From: Candidatus Vogelbacteria bacterium RIFOXYD1_FULL_51_18
GTDB lineage: Bacteria > Patescibacteriota > Minisyncoccia > Phycocordibacterales > UBA9988
DNA length: 64,000 bases
Assembly (NCBI GenBank): GCA_001823095.1
Contig: MHTL01000012.1
Span: 1,035 to 65,034 of the forward strand
Direction of reading: 5' to 3'
Positions 59,677 to 64,000 of this stretch are shown in pieces (positions within the stretch are counted from its first letter, which is position 1; each line of letters opens with the position of its first letter). The position numbers were made by a program, and so were the translations under genes. The notes beneath the pieces were generated by a model. That model was not told the DNA's origin. It did not search any database and saw nothing but the letters and a program-made list of their open reading frames with translations.

Positions 59677-61773
59677 TTATATATTTACTTCAACTACTTT
59701 CGTCGTATCATTTCCGAAAATATCCACAACCTTTACGGCGATTTTGTGCTTACCTTTTGTCGCCACCTTTGGAGAAGTAACGAGGTCAAGATTTCTGTTC
59801 TTTTTTGTGCGGAAACTCTGCCATTCGTTGTCAAAAATATAGTCGCCAGTCCAAATTTCTTTTTCTTTGCCGTCTTCCATTATTTTTATGATTTCCTTTC
59901 TGCTCGCAAAATCAAAATCTACCGCCCAATAGTCAATCCAGTCGCTCCATTTTTTAGTCAAAATCTCCTTGGATATTTCTTCCGTCTTTTTATCTTTTGA
60001 AATTTTTACCACTTGGCCATCTTCCACCACAACTTTAGATCCGCCCGGGCGCAACGCCTCGGCTATCTCACCAGAATCATCTTGATTATAAAAAACAGAA
60101 AAATCAGTAAGCTCTATTGATATTTCTTTATCACTTCCTCGTCCTTTGATAATCGGCTTCGCCTCAATAAACGCAACATCATAAAACTTCACTTGTCCTT
60201 TTTCTACCGCTTTTTTGTCAAAAACTTCTCGTGGAATTATTCTGAAAGCGATATCAATCCCTTGATCTTTGTATTGTGAAAAATCCAGCCCCATTTCGTA
60301 ATCAAAGCCAAGTACATCAATTTTAGTTATTCCTTTTTCTTTGCATTCCTTCACAATATCTTGCACGAGTTTTGAGGAAACGGGTGTATTGATAGGTCCT
60401 ACCGCTACAAGGCGATCTCTTTTCTTGCCGATAACATTCACAAAAGATTCTATCGGCTCTGCTTTGTATGCGGAAAGTATAAGTTTTACAAATTCCTTTT
60501 CTTTCCTTTCGGCTTGTTTTGATTTTTCCTCTGCTCGCAAATCATCATTTGTCGCTAGGAAATTTTCTCTTTCATATCTCCCAACATTCAGAATCTCAAA
60601 AGCTCGAAAATTTTTACTTTCCTTTTTCAGTTCTCTTTGTATTCCAATTAGTCGTTTACGAGATGTGTGTATGCCGAATTTACCCAAATCAGAACCAATC
60701 CACTTTCTACCAAGTTTTTCAGCAACAGCGAGAGTCGTACCAGCACCGCAAAAGAAATCTGCTACAAGATCACCCTCATTGGTGGATGCACTTATGATTC
60801 TCTCCAGTAGTGCTTCGGGCTTCTGTGTCGCGTAGTCGGTGTTTTGAGTTTTATCGGCAGGTTGTAAACAAGCTATCTTCCATACATCATCAACTCTTCT
60901 TACATCTCTCATTTGATACTGCACATTACCACTCTCATCTCTAGCATTTATTGCTTTTCCTTCAAAATATTTTCTTTTTAATTGCTTAACGGGTTGGTCT
61001 CTCTTTTCTTCTTGTGGATTGAAAGTATAATTTGAATCTTTATTTTTTACATAAAACAATATTCTGTCGTGTGCGGAGGAATATTTTCTAGTACCACTCG
61101 CCATTTTATTATAGTAATACCAAGATATATCACCTAGGAAATTATCTTTTCCAAAAATCTCATCTAAAATACATCTTATATAAGAATTTGTTTTCCAGTC
61201 GCAGTGCACATAAATACTTCCGTCTTCAGCGAGTAACGAATACATAAGTTTTAGTCGCTCATAAAGCATCGCATTAAAACTATCCACCCCTTTACCCCAT
61301 GTATCACGAAAAGCGATCTCCTCTATGACGGAAGGTTTCTTTTTAAACTCATCTTCTCCTATTTTTATATCAATAGAAAAATCTGCGCCTACATCAAACG
61401 GCGGGTCAATATAAATCAATTTCAAACCGCCTTGCGCTTCTATTTCTTTGCGAAGTGGTCCATTTTTGAGAGAGGAGAGAATCAGTTTATTGTCTCCCCA
61501 AATCAATTTATTCGTCCATCCGGTTATTTGTCGTCCTGTTGTATCAAAAAGAGAATTTTGATTGCCGAATTTTGCATCACTTCTTGGCTCGTCTATTTGC
61601 TCAATAACTTGAAAAGGCAAGACAACATTCGTTACCTCATTTGTCTTTCCATTCCAAAGAAGCTCAACCTCTCTGTCATCATCAAAGAGCAAGAAACGAT
61701 ATTTTTCCGGAAGCGGTTTTCCCGCTTCCAAGTATTTCACAACATCTCTTTTTTCATTATCAGTTAATTTCAT
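59677..61773 (-). CDS. mod: Type III Mod DNA methyltransferase (beta-class N6A/N4C MTase)
   Basis: Motif IV IYIDPPFDVG precedes motif I DFFCGAGTTLAVA. Confidence 0.8.
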   Translation of the reverse strand: MKLTDNEKRDVVKYLEAGKPLPEKYRFLLFDDDREVELLWNGKTNEVTNVVLPFQVIEQIDEPRSDAKFGNQNSLFDTTGRQITGWTNKLIWGDNKLILSSLKNGPLRKEIEAQGGLKLIYIDPPFDVGADFSIDIKIGEDEFKKKPSVIEEIAFRDTWGKGVDSFNAMLYERLKLMYSLLAEDGSIYVHCDWKTNSYIRCILDEIFGKDNFLGDISWYYYNKMASGTRKYSSAHDRILFYVKNKDSNYTFNPQEEKRDQPVKQLKRKYFEGKAINARDESGNVQYQMRDVRRVDDVWKIACLQPADKTQNTDYATQKPEALLERIISASTNEGDLVADFFCGAGTTLAVAEKLGRKWIGSDLGKFGIHTSRKRLIGIQRELKKESKNFRAFEILNVGRYERENFLATNDDLRAEEKSKQAERKEKEFVKLILSAYKAEPIESFVNVIGKKRDRLVAVGPINTPVSSKLVQDIVKECKEKGITKIDVLGFDYEMGLDFSQYKDQGIDIAFRIIPREVFDKKAVEKGQVKFYDVAFIEAKPIIKGRGSDKEISIELTDFSVFYNQDDSGEIAEALRPGGSKVVVEDGQVVKISKDKKTEEISKEILTKKWSDWIDYWAVDFDFASRKEIIKIMEDGKEKEIWTGDYIFDNEWQSFRTKKNRNLDLVTSPKVATKGKHKIAVKVVDIFGNDTTKVVEVNI

Positions 61774-61777
61774 AAAT

Positions 61778-61984
61778 TTATTTGATTAAGTCTTCAATCG
61801 GAACGGCTAGTGCTTTTGCGAGACGCTCAATGTTTTTCAGAGCCATATTCCGCACACCCCGTTCAATACCGCTTATATAAGTCGAGTGAACACCTAAAAC
61901 TTTGGCGAGATCGGCTTGCGACATCTGTTTTTTGAGTCTAATTTCTTTAACCTTTTTTCCAAACTTGGCTGATATATCTGTCAT
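61778..61984 (-). CDS. Controller (C) protein, XRE-family HTH, upstream of mod
   Basis: 68 aa, MTDISAKFGKKVKEIRLKKQMSQADLAKVLGVHSTYISGIERGVRNMALKNIERLAKALAVPIEDLIK. The track ORF 61778..62392 is an N-terminal over-extension. Confidence 0.6.
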   Translation of the reverse strand: MTDISAKFGKKVKEIRLKKQMSQADLAKVLGVHSTYISGIERGVRNMALKNIERLAKALAVPIEDLIK

Positions 61985-62008
61985 AAATTCATATTTTACC
62001 CCTTGCGT

Positions 62009-62058
62009 GCATTCTATCAGATATTGTAATATAGTTCTATGTAGAATTATCATTCTAC
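62009..62058. promoter_or_regulatory. Candidate C-box operators / divergent promoter region
   Basis: Inverted repeats TTCTA-TG-TAGAA (62035-62046) and GTAGAAT-TATC-ATTCTAC (62041-62058), in an AT-rich spacer between the C gene and the recombinase gene. Confidence 0.35.
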
Positions 62059-62062
62059 CCAT

Positions 62063-63628
62063 ATGTCTAAATACTTTCTTTACGCAAGAAAATCCACCGA
62101 TGTCGAGGACAAGCAAGTCCTCTCTATTGAAGCCCAACTCGCCGAACTGCGGGCACTCGCCAAGCACGAGAACCTTTCCATATCGGACGAGTTTATAGAA
62201 AAGCGATCGGCAAAAATGCCCGGTCGCCCGATCTTCAACGATATGCTCCGCCGCATACAGACGGGCGAAGCACAAGGCATTATTTGTTGGAAGATTGACC
62301 GCTTGGCTCGCAATCCCGTGGACGGCGGACAAATTCAATGGCTTCTGCAACAAGGAGTTATCGCACATATTCAAACCCACGATAGAAGCCATTATCCAAA
62401 CGACAATGTTTTGATGATGTCCGTCGAGTTAGGCATGGCTAACGAATATATCCGCCAACTAAGTGCGAACACCGCAAGAGGATTACGGCAGAAAGCACGG
62501 CAGGGAGACTTTCCCGGCCTTGCTCCGCTTGGCTACATCAACAATTCCAACATCAAGAAAATCGCCGTTCATCGTAAAAATGCGAAGCTCATTAAAAAGA
62601 TGTTTGAACTTTACGCAACGGGAAGTGTCCGCCTTGAAAATCTTTCCGTTGTTTTGGAACAGGCGGGTATCCAATCCAAAAATAAAAATCGTGTTCATAT
62701 TTCACGAATATCAAATATTCTCACCAATCCGATTTATTACGGACACTTCCGCCACGCAGGGGAAATATACGAGGGCAAGCACGAGCCGATAATCACGAAA
62801 GACCTCTTTGATAGGGCTAACGCCGTCTTGCGAGGCCGAGGCCGCACCCCCGCTAAAAAGACCGACCCGAGGCCGTTTTGTGGCCTCCTGTCGTGTGGGA
62901 GTTGCGGTATGGGAATAACGGGAGAGATAAAGATAAAGAGGCAGAAGAACGGCAACACCCACCGCTATATTTATTACCATTGCACGAAGAAGTCCAAGAC
63001 GAAGAAATGTCCCGAGCCGTGTATTCGGCAAGAGGAATTAGACCGCCAGTTGTCGGTCATGCTTTCCGAATACGCTATGCCGAAAGAATGGGTAGCCCCA
63101 CTTTCCGTCATGCTCGACAAGGAGGAACACGACACAAAAAATTCCGCGTCGGAGGCTGTTCAAGAAATGCGAGGGCAAGTCAGCGACTTTTCCCGCAACC
63201 TCGCCAGACTTACCGATATATATGTATCGCAAGACATAGAGCGAGATGACTACCTTGAGAGGCGTCGTTCGCTCATGTCCGACAAGAAGTCCGTCGAGGA
63301 GCAAATAGCCCGTCTTGAACATACCCCCTCCGCGTGGATCGAACCGACCCGAGACTGGATTAAAGACGCTTCCATACTGGAAGAAACAGCAAAAACAGAC
63401 GACCTCCCCTCCAAAAAAATCTCCCTCCAAAAAATCTTCGGCTCGAACCTCACCTTAAAAAAACGCGGAGCGTTCGGAATTGCCCAAAACCATTGGCTTT
63501 CTTTGGCGAACGCCAAAGAAAAAATTTCTAAAAATGACCTGACTTTAATTCTGGTGGAGATGGCGGGAATCGAACCCGCGTGCAATGAGAGGCGCATGCA
63601 TGCTTCTACGGAGCCTAGACTGCTTTAA
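62063..63628 (+). CDS. Large serine recombinase (resolvase catalytic domain + recombinase domain + Zn ribbon)
   Basis: YARKSTDVEDKQVLSIEAQ (catalytic Ser), ...RLARN..., a CGLLSCGSCG...C Zn-ribbon, and a coiled-coil. The last ~77 nt overlap the tmRNA 3' end. Confidence 0.85.
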   Translation: MSKYFLYARKSTDVEDKQVLSIEAQLAELRALAKHENLSISDEFIEKRSAKMPGRPIFNDMLRRIQTGEAQGIICWKIDRLARNPVDGGQIQWLLQQGVIAHIQTHDRSHYPNDNVLMMSVELGMANEYIRQLSANTARGLRQKARQGDFPGLAPLGYINNSNIKKIAVHRKNAKLIKKMFELYATGSVRLENLSVVLEQAGIQSKNKNRVHISRISNILTNPIYYGHFRHAGEIYEGKHEPIITKDLFDRANAVLRGRGRTPAKKTDPRPFCGLLSCGSCGMGITGEIKIKRQKNGNTHRYIYYHCTKKSKTKKCPEPCIRQEELDRQLSVMLSEYAMPKEWVAPLSVMLDKEEHDTKNSASEAVQEMRGQVSDFSRNLARLTDIYVSQDIERDDYLERRRSLMSDKKSVEEQIARLEHTPSAWIEPTRDWIKDASILEETAKTDDLPSKKISLQKIFGSNLTLKKRGAFGIAQNHWLSLANAKEKISKNDLTLILVEMAGIEPACNERRMHASTEPRLL

Positions 63629-63950
63629 CTACTTGCCGGTAGTATTCGGTGCCGCGCGTCAAGAGCAGACGAAATCGCACAGCATCCTAGATTGTTTGTT
63701 TAGGTATCGTAGTCAATCATTCTACGGTACCGATCTTTGAGATATGACACCCTGCGTTTTAAGCAAAGATACTGTAAAACGCGGGCGGCATTACGCTAAC
63801 GCGAATGCGGGCGTGAAGTATGGCGATGCCACACTGCCGCCGTTTTCAGATGAGTTGGCACTTATCTGTTCTGCAATTATAGTAACGGCCTATTGCAGGA
63901 GGCCGGCGCGCACATACAAGGCGTACCCACTGTCTATGCCGATCATCCCC
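63552..63950 (-). ncRNA. ssrA: tmRNA (ssrA)
   Basis: Reverse complement starts GGGGATGATCGGCATAGACAGTGGG and ends GCACGCGGGTTCGATTCCCGCCATCTCCACCA. The 3' end matches 24 of 28 nt of E. coli ssrA (GCGGGTTCAACTCCCGCCAGCTCCACCA). The acceptor has a G3:U70 wobble. A candidate tag ORF ends AFALA-TAA (stop at plus 63791-63793). Confidence 0.75.
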
Positions 63951-64000
63951 TTAAATCCGCCGCGGCGGATCGGGCTACCTTTTCAAAGTCCTTCCCAGCT

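Larger units (their letters stand above)
49397..63557. mobile_element. AT-rich integrated island (~14.2 kb) at the tmRNA 3' end
   Basis: GC drops from about 57% to about 33%. The right junction joins the recombinase gene 3' end to the tmRNA 3' end at CTGGTG (63552-63557). The left junction is TGGTG followed by the 194-bp repeat at 49397. Cargo is a Type III R-M system, a STAND NTPase and a large serine recombinase. Confidence 0.55.

Noticed and set aside
61778-62392. 204-aa minus-strand ORF as a single gene
   Set aside because: Only the last 68 codons form a coherent XRE HTH protein. The upstream part overlaps the recombinase start region on the other strand and lies in the operator spacer.

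Overview
This 64-kb window looks like a CPR/Patescibacteria-type bacterial chromosome, about 55-60% GC over most of its length. Positions 1-49.4 kb are a core region. Its genes include groES-groEL (partial), secG, RNase J, a UvrD-like helicase-nuclease, two HhH-GPD glycosylases, pyrG, ftsEX, a short RF2, cfa, gatCA, ligA, recG and ftsH. It also holds a complete type IV pilus / competence locus (four minor pilins, pilD, pilA, pilC, pilT, a CheY-like regulator, pilB, pilMNO and comFC) and nine tRNA genes, one of them a tRNA with anticodon UAU. The pilus locus has been invaded by a 23-bp perfect palindrome family, a REP-like element with its own RAYT (IS200-like HuH transposase). Some copies sit in-frame inside pilD and inside the RAYT gene itself. 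The same interval carries two tandem HepT/MntA toxin-antitoxin pairs, and a hicAB cassette with a 32-bp target duplication lies between recG and tRNA-Ile. Positions 49.4-63.6 kb are an AT-rich island (about 33% GC) integrated at the 3' end of tmRNA (ssrA, minus strand, 63552..63950). The island encodes a large serine recombinase whose gene runs into the tmRNA 3' end, and a Type III R-M system (C-protein, mod, res). Immediately downstream of res, about 74 nt away and apparently co-operonic, is a 1602-aa protein with a GxGGxGKT STAND/NB-ARC-like P-loop and long helical repeats. This is the best candidate for a novel antiviral-STAND-like defense gene. The left end of the island carries a 194-bp perfect inverted-repeat pair flanking a three-gene module (XRE regulator, BNR/Asp-box membrane protein, small membrane protein). 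Next to it is an inverted duplicate of the last ~150 bp of the recombinase gene, joined at the same 'ctggtg' crossover as the recombinase-tmRNA junction. Together these indicate serine-recombinase att sites and a possibly invertible or nested element. No CRISPR array or rRNA gene was seen.
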